Of a stretch of DNA of 64,000 nt, positions 26,453-38,950 are shown piece by piece; position 1 is the first letter of the stretch; the number at the start of each line of letters is the position of its first letter. The translations under genes and the position numbers were made by a program. The notes under the pieces are model-generated. The model ran no database searches. It was not told the origin of the DNA and worked only from the letters and a program-made list of their open reading frames with translations. Origin of the DNA: Malacoraja senta (lineage: Eukaryota); assembly GCA_038087875.1 (NCBI GenBank), contig CM075990.1:15874001-15938000 (forward strand), given 5' to 3'.

Positions 26453-29400
26453 AAATATCCAGATATGGGGCCAGCAATACCAGGCAGGTCCGGTTAAGTA
26501 CACATTAATCAGGAGCTGGAAGAGACCACTTGGACTTCAGTCAGATCTCCCCTCAGGCTCTGGTGCTCGAGAGAAGAAAAACTCAGTAACATTTCTGGAA
26601 TATTATATTGCCATTATGTTCAGCACAGTCGTTGTGGGCCGACAGGCCTCTTCCTGTGCTGCACTTTTCTATGTAGGAGGAACTGCAGATGCTGTTTTAA
26701 ACTGAAGATAGACACAAAAAGCTGGAGTAACTCAGCGGGACAGGCAGCATCTCTGGAGAGAAGTAACGGGTGACGTTTCGGGTCGAGACCCTTTTCCAGA
26801 GATGCTGCCTGTCCCACTGAGTTACTCCAGCTTTTGGTGTCTATCTGCACTTTTCAATGGTCCATGATCTAAAGATGGAATGAGGGCAAGAGAGAACAGG
26901 GGAGAGAAATAGGATGAGTGACAGAAGAAACTGGTGATGCTGGAATCTTGATCAGAATACAAAATGCTGGGGGAACTCAGCAGGTCAGGCAGCATCGTTC
27001 GAGGGAATCGACGGGCAACATTTCAGTTCAGGACCAATCTAAAGAAGGGTCCTGACCTGAAGTATTGTCTGTCCATTCACCTCCACAGTTGCTGCATGAC
27101 CAGCTGAGTTACTCCAGTACTCTGTGTTTAGTAAGAGAAGGAACGATGAACGAGAGAAATGGAAAGAAAGAGATAGACTGAGAAAAGGCAACGTAAAAGA
27201 GAGAGACATTTTGTTTGCAGACAGCTGGCATATTCATGTGCTGGTATATGAAGGAACTGCAAATGCTGGTTTAAACCAAAGATAGACACAAGATGCTGGA
27301 GTAACTCAGTGGGACAGGCAGCATTTCTGGAGCGAAGGAATGGGGGAATTTCCGGGTCAAAAACCTTCTTCAGACTAACGTCAGGGGGGAGGGAGATAGA
27401 TAGATAAGGATCAACGAAAATGTAGAATATATCCTTGTTAGCTAGGAGAAGATAACAACAAAGCAAAGAGAGATAAAATGTAGAGATAAAAACTACACAT
27501 TTTTTTAAGAGATAAAATTGCTACATGTTTCTTGATCTCCATTCCCTTTGCCCCGGTTTCACACCTTACACTTCCTTTTCTATCCATCTCCCTCTCCCCC
27601 TGACGTCAGTCTGAAGAAGGGTCTCGACCTGAAAAGTCACCCATTCCTTCTCTCCAGAGATGCTGCCTGTCCCGCATTTGGTATCTACCAATGTGCCAGC
27701 ACTGACAGAGACGATCAAAGGGTGCAACTAATAAAGGCTATGACTCACCAAACCTCTGCTTCACTCAGATATTGAAAATATAAGAATTCACTTCTAATAT
27801 ATTTAATCCTCGAGGAATATGAACAATAAAAAAGAAACATCTCTGAGAATTGAAATGTCTCCTTGAAGCACAATGGATTCATCAGATATCACACATTTAT
27901 CACTGAGATTTGTGTAAAATGACAAAAACAAGTTTTATTTAACTTTTTTTATGAGCTCAGCAGGTAATTTCATGTGCAGAAATTAGAAATGCATTGCAAA
28001 AGTGGAACATCTGATTTACTGTCTTTGTGGGGGCTTGAGAGAATATTTGCTCCATTCTCTCACACATTGCAACGGAGAGGGATCCAAACAATGAGTCATA
28101 TTCATGGTGACTCAAAGCCAAATGCATTGGGAACGACAGAATAGTGAGGAAGCCAGGCACCAGCATTGCCTGTAAAACTGTGCTCTGCACACACCTCACC
28201 CCACTGAGCTTATTATCAACCATTTATATTTAATGGAATTCTTCCTCTTTGTGGGGAAGATCGCAAGTATGGTTAATATAATAATAGACTCAATAAAGGA
28301 TGCACAGCACACATGTATTACACATTATATGGAGATCGGAATGGTTACAATGTCATTAACAGAACGTTGCATAATTAGATTAAGCCTTTCGTGCAAAGTT
28401 TATAATCCACACGCACGAGAAATACCAGTTTTGATCTCAGTCCTCCACTTACAATAGATATGGAAGACACAAGCAAAAGTCCATCACGTGGTCCATTGAG
28501 CCTACTCCACCATTCAATAAACATCAAGGCTGGCCTCAACTTCTCTGTACAATCACCATAACTCTGGACTCCCCGTTGACCAACAATCTGTTATGTTTGG
28601 TGACCCGGCCTCCACGCCTTCTGAAAATAGAAGCCCAAAAGATTCACAAGCCTCAGAGAAGACTCCACAACTTACATGAGCAAATCATTGTTCTGAATTC
28701 AAGGCCAATAGTCTAGATTCCTCCATAAGGAAAAAAACATCTTCTCGGTATCCTATTAAGCCTCTTCAGAACGTTAAATATTTCATTGATCACATATTCT
28801 TCAAAACATTACAAGCTCAATTTTGCTCAATCTTTCCTCAAAAGACAATATCTTACATCGATAGGAAAGGTTTAGAGGGACATAGACCAAATGCGGGGGA
28901 AATGGGACTAGCTTTGATGCGGCACTTTGGTCAGCATGGAGGAGTTGGGCCAAAGGGCCTGTTTCCATGCTGTATGGCTCTATGACCTTCATTCCAGGAA
29001 TCAATTAATCCATTTTCTCCAAGGCACTTCCAAATCCTGGAAGTATCCTTCTATCCTGGTCAAATGTGTGCATCAGCATGCTCCAAAGGGTGAAAAGTGT
29101 CAGTGAGATCCCAGCAAGGTACGGACACCATTGAGAATTGATTCTGTTCTGCTCTCTCCTGCTTTGTCCTCAGCTTCCATACCACCAGCTTCTTCCCATC
29201 AATTATCAGGCTTCTGAACGCTCCTTCCACAAGCCAATCTCCAGTTGTGAACATTGGACTTTGTCGTTGGACCTGATGCACTACAATGCTGAGAACTATA
29301 TTCTGCATTCTGTATCTCCCCCTTCACCCTACCTGTTGTACTGGAGTTTGGCTTGATTGTATTTGTGTATTGTATTGTACGATTTGACTGGAGAGGTACT

Positions 29401-30989
29401 GGTGTCAGCGGTTATGGGGAGAAGGCAGAAGAATGGGGTTAGGAGGGAGAGATAGATCAGCCATGATTGAATGATGGAGTAGACTTGATGGGCCGAATGG
29501 CCTAATTCCAATTCTACTCCTATTCCTTATGACCTTATGAGAGCATGCAAAACAAAGCGTTTCACTGTAGCTCGGTGCACGGGACAATAATAAACACAAA
29601 TCTGAACTTAATTGTATCATTTGGCTTCTCCTCGTCATCCTATCACACACATTCCTTTTGTCCACATCCTTCACCCTTCTGTCCAACCTTAAAAAGGTTT
29701 TGATTTCTTCTCCTAGTTCTGATGAAAGGTCGACATGAAATGTTTCTCTCTTCACAAACGCTTCACAAACTATTGTTGCTGACACAAACGGGCAGAGTGG
29801 TTTGGGATGTGCTGAGGTGTGAAAGATGCTGTTATAATGCACTTCCCTTTTATTACATCACCTCTGACACTAACCAAAAGCATGAAATGACAGTATCTCC
29901 AAACTAAACTAAAAAGTTAGTTCGTTATTTTATTGTATTTTATCTTATTTCAGTTTATTGGCACATGTGGCGAGGTAGAGTGAAAAGGCTGTTTGGTGCA
30001 TGCTATCCAGTCAGTGGAAAGACTACACATGACTACAATCAATACTGCGGCACTGTATCTCCAAAGTCTACAGTAAAGTTTAAAGTAGTTCCCCAAAAAT
30101 ATTTAAAGAAACAGTTGCATGCATAGGACGAGTTTGGAGGGATATGGGCGAAACGCAGGCAGGTGGGGCGAGTGTAGCTGGGACATTTTGGCCAGTGTGG
30201 GCAAGTTGGGCCTGTTTCCACGCTGTATGACTCTACTGCAAAAAAACATAATGAATTCCTTGCAAATGATTGCTCATAGAAAGAATAATCGGTGTTTGTG
30301 ACAAACAACAAGAGATGACATACAAAATTTGCAATTCAGATTAACCTGAAGGGAATTAACCCGACTGATTCAAATGCAGCTCTCATGAGATTGTGCAAAC
30401 GAATGAATGTTCATCGCTTTAGTGGTTATCAGTAAGACTCAGTGAGGCAAAGGGGATTCCATTCCTGCCAACATGCAAATCACTTCAATGGTTTGCACAA
30501 TATGGGTGCATGGTTCTACTGAATAAACAGAACTGACAAACGGTTATAGATTTTTTTTTTTAAATCAATGGCAGATGTTAACACCCAGGTAAGCTACCAA
30601 TACTTGACTCATAAAGTCAACAATATTATTGAATCAAAAAAAATCAATATGAAAAACAAAAATGATGGGGGAGCCTCAAACCCATCACTCGCCTTGAACA
30701 ATACAAGCCTTGCAGCATACAATAGATGATCTGGTTGATGAAATGATGTCTCAAACTGATGATTCATCTGGAGCTCTGGAACCGGAGATTCATTGACCCC
30801 AGAAGAGAAAACTAGATGGCAAAGAACATTACATTACAAGGAAAGATTCATGGACACAGTTGAGGACATTCCAGGCAAAGTGGTTTTGGATTATCTGCGA
30901 TTTGATCTTCCTCTTTGGAAGCTTGGAGACAGGTGAAGAGATCAGAAGCTATCACAATATCAATTATGTTTTTTGGGATTTTCCACACG

Positions 30990-31670
30990 TCATAAACACT
31001 ACGATGGACATGTGCCCACTTCCCATTCATATTCGCCACCATGAACACATGCTGAACAGCCCATTCATAAACATCACTGTGGACATTTGCCGAACAACCC
31101 ATTCATATTCACCACAATGGGAATGTGCCAAATAACCCAATTATTTGTTTCGTTTTAGCGCGGAAACAGGCCCTTAGGCCCACGGAGTGCGTGCCGACCA
31201 GCGATCCCCGCACACAAACTCGGGACAATTTACAATTTTACCAAGCCAATTAGCCTACAATCTGTATGGGGAGGTCACGGGGAGAACCTACAAACTCTGT
31301 ACAGAGAGCACCCATGGTCAATATTGAACCCGGGTCCCTGGCCCTAAGGCAGTAATTCTACCGCTGCGACACTGTGCCGTCCATATGTTCACCAAAATAT
31401 ACGTGTCAAACAGTCCATTCATAAACACTGCCATTATATGTGACGCAGACCCAGTGAGGGGAACCACTGGGATGGAGGGGGTGGAGGGGTGTGGGGACAA
31501 CAAAGGTGGGCCTGGCGTGGGATACTTTGCAATTTTCTCCGTGCCCTTGGTGTGGTGACTATTGTATACCTTGGGTACGCAAGCAAAGAATTTCACTGTG
31601 ACTAGTCACATGTGACAATAAAGTATTCTTTCATTCATACCCATTCGCCACTTTGGACATATGCTGACAG
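30990..31670. repeat. Degenerate ~38-bp minisatellite interrupted by two insertions
   Basis: Units begin CATAAAC or CATATTC and end CCCATT; four are adjacent at 30990-31142 and more follow the insertions. Confidence 0.6.
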
Positions 31671-32190
31671 TCTCTTTCCACAAGAAACACTCTGTAGATC
31701 TCTACATGATTTGCAAAGCAGAAAATTGTGATGAACTTGATCGGTTGACCATTGACTTCTATTCCACAAAGTTCTTAAGCCCCGTGTTACAGAGGAGAGA
31801 CCACTCATTGAAAGCAAAACCATTTAATCTTCAATCCCCCAAGCGCAACTTAACTGACCACAAAATAGATGTTTTCAAAAAAACAGGACATGGCTTCAAT
31901 TAATTAATTTCAGAGGCTGTAACACAAAATATTTCAAATAGCAAAATTAAGTCAATTTCCTCCCTTCCCCCCCCCACCCCCCACCCCCAGTAACATTTCA
32001 TTTAGTCCTGAGTCCCTTATCTATGAGGATAAACCACCAATCCTCAGAATAAAAGGACCCTTTGAAAGGAGACAAGAAGGAATTTCTTTAGTCAGAGGGT
32101 GGTGAATCTGTGGAACTCATTGCCACAGACGGCTGAGGAGCCAAGTCAATGGATTTTTAAGGTGGAGATTGATAGATTCTTGATTAGTTA

Positions 32191-32710
32191 AGGGACTGTT
32201 CCACTTGGGTGACCTAATTGGCGAGTTTAGAAGAATTTGTAAAAATGACATGTTGAAGACCTCCTTCGACCTCCTTCGACTATGTTGAAGATCAGCTTCG
32301 ACTAGCTACGACTAACTTCGGGAAAATTGGACACTGAATAGTGGAGAGTGAAGACGACCTCCTTCGACCTCCCTTCGACTATGATGAAGACTATCTACGA
32401 CTACCTTCGACCACCCTCGATTACCTACGACTAACATGCCGACCTACTACGACCTACTACTAAACCTACGAGTAAAAAAAGTATTGATTTTTTTCCATTG
32501 CGACCTTTTTTACTCACGGGCATTTTTTAACATATTGAAAAAAACGCCGCAAGGTGAGGGCCTCGAGTACGTAGAGACCACTCTCGGCACGATGGAGAGT
32601 TCGAAGATCTCACCTCCACTATTCAGTGTCCATGCTGCGAGTAGTCGTAGAGGTCGAAGGTCCAACTCGCCAGAACTCGCGGATTATGTCGCCCAAGTGG
32701 GACAGGCCCT
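32191..32710. mobile_element. MITE, PIF/Harbinger-like, inside a CR1 3' end
   Basis: TIRs AGGGACTGTTCCACTTGGG / CCCAAGTGGGACAGGCCCT. Flanks TTA/TAA at the CR1 site GATTAGTAAGGGTGTC. Many internal CGAC motifs. Confidence 0.85.
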
Positions 32711-33854
32711 TAAGGGTGTCAGGGGTTATGGGGAGAAGGCAGGAGAATGGGGTTGAGATGGAGAGATAGATCAGCCGTGATTGAATGGCGGAGTAGACCT
32801 GATAGGCCGAATAGCCTAATTCTGATCCTGGAACTTATGAACAATCCACTTTAGCAAAGTTATTTTGTTATTTAACGAGATAGGCAGTTTATTGTCTTGA
32901 CCCGAAACGTCACCGATTCCTTCTTTCCAGAGATGCTGCCAGTCCCTCTGAGTTACATAAGCCTTTAGGATCTATCTTCGATGTAAACCAGCATCTGCAG
33001 TTCATTTCCCACACATACGTATTTTGTTATTTGCCAGTCTTTAAGTGTTGCAAATAAGAAATGTTTGAAGCAGTTTGTTCCACCACAGGGAAAGATCTGC
33101 AGTGAATTACCAATATGGAGGTTCAGTTCGGTGAGTCACTTTGTACAAAGCAAGATCCCACTGACTACAGAGATGAATTAATTCAACCTGTTCAAGCTGC
33201 TGATTAGAAAAGGAATGTTCCAGAGGCTGTTTTTCTTCATGCATATCTAAAGGCAGTTTATTCATCCAACTTGCTGCTCCCCTTAAGATGGGCACAATGG
33301 TAAAATGTCTTTGTAAACCCAACAAATCTGTCATATTTGAGTTTAGTTTATTGTCACGTATACCAAGGTACAATGAAAATCTCAATAAGACTTAAATACA
33401 AATACCATCAAAATCCACCATATTAATTGCATTGTATATGGGAGACTTCAAATTTATAAAAACATCCTTTGTGTTAAAACATTTGTTTTTTTTTTACTGA
33501 TAAGCTTTAGGGGATGGAAGAAAATCTATGTTTTCAGCCCTATTATTTTGTTAATAATATAAAGATATAAACAAAGATGAAAATAAAAAGTGAAATCAAA
33601 AGTAGTGCTTTGAACATACATGTTGGATTCGAACAAGATTTATTTTAAAAGACGAACACATTTGCATGCATCCCAGAGCTCCCTGTCAGTTGCTGCTAAA
33701 AATACACAGAATCTTGACATAAACACCAGGTTTTACAGCTCTGGAATTATCAGCAGGATTGGTTTAATCTTCCTCGACACATCTCTAAAAGAAACAATTA
33801 AAGATTCAATCAACTAAATAGATTTCTATTTGCTCCATTTGCAAAGAGTGAATA

Positions 33855-34342
33855 CAACGTAGAAAGATAGACTTGCGTTTGTATAGCACCTCACACTTCC
33901 CTTGTAGGATGCTGAACAAATACAGTACTTGGTGAAATGAAATGCTGCTGTAATGCCGGAAATACAGAGGTTTATGATGATAACCAAATAATCTGCTTTT
34001 GTTGTGTTGAGTTAGAGGTAAATATTGGTTAGGATACATGTGATAACTGCATTGCTCGTAACTGAAATAGTGGTAGGATATTTTTCCCAGTGCTGGAGAG
34101 TTTGAAGAAAGGTCTCAGCCCGATACGTCACCGATCCATGTTCTCCAGAGATGCTGCCTGACCTCAGCACTGAGGTATCTTTCTAGAGCAGACTAAGCTT
34201 CAGCCTAAACTACAGTTCAGCAGTCTCTCAGAAACATATTGGTGTGCCAGTCGAGATGTTTGCTCATGTGCCTGCGTTGAGATTTGAACCTGCAACCTTA
34301 TGTTTCAAAGGTGATGGTGCTATCACCTCAACCATAGCTGAC
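33855..34342 (-). mobile_element. Old Deu-domain SINE (SacSINE1-like), interrupted by a Penelope scrap
   Basis: GATAACCAAATAATCTGCTTTTG…TAAATATTGG…GAAATAGTG and a tRNA-like head TTGAACC…ATAGCTGAC resemble DeuSINE consensus. Recognised from memory; highly diverged. Confidence 0.5.
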
Positions 34343-34530
34343 ATCAACTGATACAGAGAAACTGTGAAATGTTGGCATTCACAATAATTTGGATGTGCTT
34401 GAACACCAATCATGGAGAGATGGTTGACGGTACAGCAAGCGACAGGGAAGTCAAGTCGCTCCTTGGTATTTTATGGAAAGAATCTGACACGCAAGCAAGA
34501 GTAAATCTTGCATCATTGCAAGATGGGTGG

Positions 34531-35543
34531 CATAGAAACATAGAAACATAGAAACATAGAAATTAGGTGCTGGAGTAGGCCATTCGGCCCTTCGAGCCTG
34601 CACCGCCATTCAATATGATCATGGCTGATCATCCAACTCAGTATCCCGTACCTACCTTCTCTCCATACCCTCTGATCCCCTTAGCCACAAGGGCCACATC
34701 TAACTCCCTCTTAAATATAGCCAATGAACTGGCCTCAACTACCCTCTGTGGCAGAGAGTTCCAGAGATTCACCACTCCCTGTGTGAAAAAAGTTCTTCTC
34801 ATCTCGGTTTTAAAGGATTTCCCCCTTATCCTTAAGCTGTGACCCCTTATCCTTAAGCTGTGACCCCTTGTCCCCAACATCGGGAGCAATCTTCCTGCAT
34901 CTAGCCTGTCCAACCCCTTAAGAATTTTGTAAGTTTCTATAAGATCCCCTCTCAATCTCCTAAATTCTAGAGAGTATAAACCAAGTCTATCCAGTCTTTC
35001 TTCATAAGACAGTCCTGACATCCCAGGAATCAGTCTGGTGAACCTTCTCTGCACTCCCTCTATGGCAATAATGTCCTTCCTCAGATTTGGAGACCAAAAC
35101 TGTACGCAATACTCCAGGTGTGGTCTCACCAAGACCCTGTACAACTGCAGTAAAACCTCCCTGCTCTTATACTCAAATCCTTTTGCTATGAAAGCTAACA
35201 TACCATTTGCTTTCTTCACTGCCTGCTGCACCTGCATGCCTACTTTCAATGACTGGTGTACCATGACACCCAGGTCTCGCTGCATCTCCCCTTTTCCTAG
35301 TCGGCCACCATTTAGATAATAGTCTGCTTTCCTGTTTTTGCCACCAAAATGGATAACCTCACATTTATCCACATTATACTGCATCTGCCAAACATTTGCC
35401 CACTCACCCAGCCTATCCAAGTCACCTTGCAGTCTCCTAGTATCCTCCTCACAGCTAACACTGCCCCCCAGCTTAGTGTCATCCGCAAACTTGGAGATAT
35501 TGCCTTCAATTCCCTCATCCAGATCATTAATATATATTGTAAA
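34531..35543 (-). mobile_element. CR1 LINE 3' ~1 kb (RT C-terminus), young
   Basis: Open frame with KFADDTKL upstream of WQMQYNVDKCEVIHFG…RPHLEYCVQFWSP…WNSLP; (CTATGTTT)n tail; near-identical to the 13695 copy. Confidence 0.93.
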
Positions 35544-35557
35544 TGGAATGGTCAGCG

Positions 35558-35833
35558 ATGGTGGCGCAGCGGTAAAGTTGGTGCCTTACAGCACCAGAGA
35601 CCCGGGTTCTGTCTGTATGGAGTTTGTACGTTCTCCCCGTGACCGTGTGGATTTTCTCAGCGATCTTCGGTTTCCTCCCACATTCCAAAGACGTACAGAT
35701 TTGTAGGTTAATTGGCTTGGTAAATGTAAAAATTGCCTTTAGTGTGTGTAGGATAGTGTTAATTGCGGATATCGCTAGTTGGCACGGACTCAGCGGGCCT
35801 GTTTCTGCGCTGTATCTTTAAACTAAACTAAAC
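35558..35833 (+). mobile_element. V-SINE
   Basis: A box, V-domain and tail; B-box region partly deleted. Confidence 0.8.
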
Positions 35834-36823
35834 TTGGTACAGTTCGGTTGGTGGAACCCCTAAAGTGAAGTCGAGTCATGTCAAGTTTATTGTCATATGC
35901 ACAAGCAGGGTGAGGGACAGGTGCAATGAGAATGTCACTTGCAGCAGCATCATAGACTCAGATGGAAACATATACTCCACAAGCAAGTGAGAACACAAAG
36001 ACTAACATTAAGACAATAGTGTAAAACGTAGGTGGAAAATAAGATGGCGATGGATCAAAAGGTGGTCCACTGTGTTCTGTTGCTGTGGCAGGGCTGGGGT
36101 TGTGTAAGATGAACCACTCCAGTGCCACTGTATTCAGTTTTTGTGGAGACAAAAGAAACTCCAGGTATTGGACTCTAGACCAGTGGACCAGGCAGCATCT
36201 TTGGAAGGAATGAAACTGAAGAAGGGTCCTGACCCGACACATCGCTGACCATTCCATCCACGGATGCTGCCTGACCCACTGAGTACGTCCAGCACCTTGT
36301 GTTTTGAGTCCTTACTTAAGGAAGTATATATCTTCTCTGAAGACAGTGCAAAAAAAGGTAACCTGGTTTAATTTCTGAGATGAATAGTCAATCCTATAAA
36401 TAAAAATAAAGTTAAAATGTGACAAATGTAACAGAAGTGAGAAGTGATTTCACTGAAACTGCGCAGAATGGGAACTGCAGATGCTGGTTTATACTGAAGA
36501 TAGACACAGTGGTGGAGTAACTCAGCAGGTCAGGCAGCATCTCTGAAGACAAATGATGTGTGACATTTCGGGTCAGGACTTTTCCAGGGTCTTGACAAGA
36601 TAGTTACTACGAGGCCATTTCCCATGGCTTAAGAAACTAGAAATAGGTGACAAAGTCCCATAGATTGGAAGTCATGAGGAATGTTCCAATTCGGCCAAAG
36701 TGTCGTGGAGAGATAGAGTGCAGAAACAAACCTTTGTTGTCTTTGCACTCCATACAACACACATTTCAAAGGGACTATAAAACTCCATCCCAGAGAGTGG
36801 ATGAGCCCTCATTAAGTAAATTC

Positions 36824-37376
36824 TTTTTTTTTTTTAATTTTTATTTATTAGAAGTACATTACATCACAGCCACCACATACATTAATACTCGTCATTTATA
36901 TCTTCTTACAATTAATGTACTCCCTTTATTTATTTTTTTACACTAAAGAAAGAAAAGATTGAAAGAGAGAAGAAAGTGAAGGAAAAAGTGCAAGTGTAGA
37001 AAAGTGTAGAAAATGTAACAACAAAAAAGGACGAAGACCCTATAAGAGCGAAATTAAAAACAAAAAGAAAAAGAGTTAAGAAATAGGCCCTAAGAAAAGA
37101 AAGAGAAAGAGAAAAAAAGAAAAACAAATGTTTTTTTTTGAGCATCACGTAAATAGGACATACCAACTCTTCAACTATCATCCCCCTTACCCGACCTCAA
37201 TTTTTTATTTTTTTAAGTACTTTTGCACCCTATGTTTGTAATAATTCTATAAATGCAGACCACGTCAGGTGGAAGTGATCTGGTTTACCTGCTAGGAGGA
37301 GTCTTATCTCTTCAAGGTGTAGTGTTTCAAACATATTTGAAATCCACATATTTATAGTTGGTATTGGAGCCTTCTT
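36824..37376 (-). mobile_element. 5'-truncated L1-like LINE with poly(A) and 17-bp TSD
   Basis: TSD CCTCATTAAGTAAATTC at 36807-36823 and 37377-37393. Minus strand encodes KKAPIPTINMWISNMFETLHLEEIRLSLAGKPDHFHLTWSAFIELLQT*, then AATAAA and poly(A). Confidence 0.88.
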
Positions 37377-37599
37377 CCTCATTAAGTAAATTCAAGGATG
37401 ATTTCAAAACATCATCTGAATCAAAGGATGATTAGAATCCAGTTGAATCAGGAAATAACAGGAAGGGGTGGGAAAGTGGAGATGAAATGGAAGATCATCC
37501 TAGATTATGTTAATGGAGCCTCTGGCCAACCACTACTTCTTGTGTTCATAAAGGAACTGAGTTCTCAGAAAATACACGTTGACTATAAATACATTATGG

Positions 37600-37910
37600 G
37601 TGGCAGCGTGGTGTAGTGGTAGAGCTACAGCCTCACAGCGCCAGAGATCTGGGTTCGATCCAGACTACGGGTGCTGTCTGTACGGAGTTTGTACGTTCTC
37701 CGTGACCTGCGTGGGTTTTCTCCGAGATCTTCGGTTTCATCCCACACTCCAAAGACGTACAGGTTTGCAGATTGATTGGCTTGGTACAAATCTAACTAGT
37801 CCCCGGTGCGTGTGTAGGATAGTGTTCAAGTGTGGCGATCGCTGGTCTGCATGGACTCGATGGGCCGAAGGGCCTGTTTCCGCTCCGTATTTCTGAACTA
37901 AACTACACTA
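37600..37910 (+). mobile_element. V-SINE, full length
   Basis: A/B boxes, V-domain and tail. Confidence 0.85.
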
Positions 37911-38574
37911 AAATAATCTTGCTTAGTTATAATTGTGCATTATCCGCTTGTCTTTTCCCATCTTAAATTTATACCATACAATATTCAAAGCAGATTGCAG
38001 TCCAGAAGGTGTTACTAAGCAATTTCTTTTTTGGTAATATGTCAATATCTGAGTCACTGAGCAACTCTGATAAGAAACCAGATTTTGAATAAATTAAACA
38101 CTTGCTAATCGGTTACTGAATCAGGCTCACCACTTTGATGGAATATTAGATATTTTTCTTCTGACATTTCCAAGTACCAGAGCACCTTTGATTAGTCCCG
38201 CAGTTATAGTTATTATTTTTTGCGCATTGAATGCCCACCCCTCATCTCCCAGAAATGATTCATCATGAATCAGACTTTACCATTGCAATAAACATGGCAT
38301 TCGTTCAAATGTCACTCTCTAACAATTCAAGATGGATTTTTAGAGGGAAATAGAGATGCTGAGTTTAAGTATGCATCTCCCCATCAATTATACACAATGC
38401 CGCATTAGTCATGTTTAGCCAATCTTCAGATACATCAGCCCTAAATAATGGTCACTGGGTCAACGGCTTGGTAAACTAACTCAGTTTCTCAACGGTATAA
38501 CCTGATGATGATTTCAGAATTTTCTGCAGGAAATAATCCAGATTCTTCTTCTCAGGATCAGCGTGGACACTGGA

Positions 38575-38950
38575 ACGTCGGAGATCCAAGGAAGACTTGA
38601 TATTAGTATATAAAATTAGGAGAGGTGTGGATAGGGTAGACAGCCAAAACCTTTTTCTCAGGGCGGGGGTATCCAACACTAGAGGACATAGCTGTACGGT
38701 GAAGGTGGGGGGGGGGGGGCAATATAATGGAGAAGTGCGGCAACATTTTATTTAACACACAGGATAGTGGGGGCCTGGAACGCATTGCCAGGGGCGGTGG
38801 TGGAGGCAGATACAATGGTGCCATTTGAGGTTTTTAGATCGGCACATGGAAGCATATGGAATACAGGGATATGGAGCATGTACAGACAGATGAGATCTGT
38901 TTAACGGCATCATGTTCGGCCCATTCCTGTGCTGTACTGTTCTATGGTTT
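38575..38950 (+). mobile_element. Decayed CR1 3' fragment
   Basis: Remnants …YKIRRGVDRVDSQNLF…TRGHS…WNALP; a related fragment lies at ~49625-49970. Confidence 0.7.

Noticed and set aside
27596..27650. Type-III hammerhead topology using the upstream UGACGUC
   Set aside because: Leaves only 3 nt for helix I, the pairing is not kept in other copies, and this copy's GAAAC is mutated.
30990..32470. CRISPR-like array (38-bp repeats; CGAC repeats in the MITE)
   Set aside because: Eukaryotic context, degenerate abutting units, no unique spacers, no cas genes.
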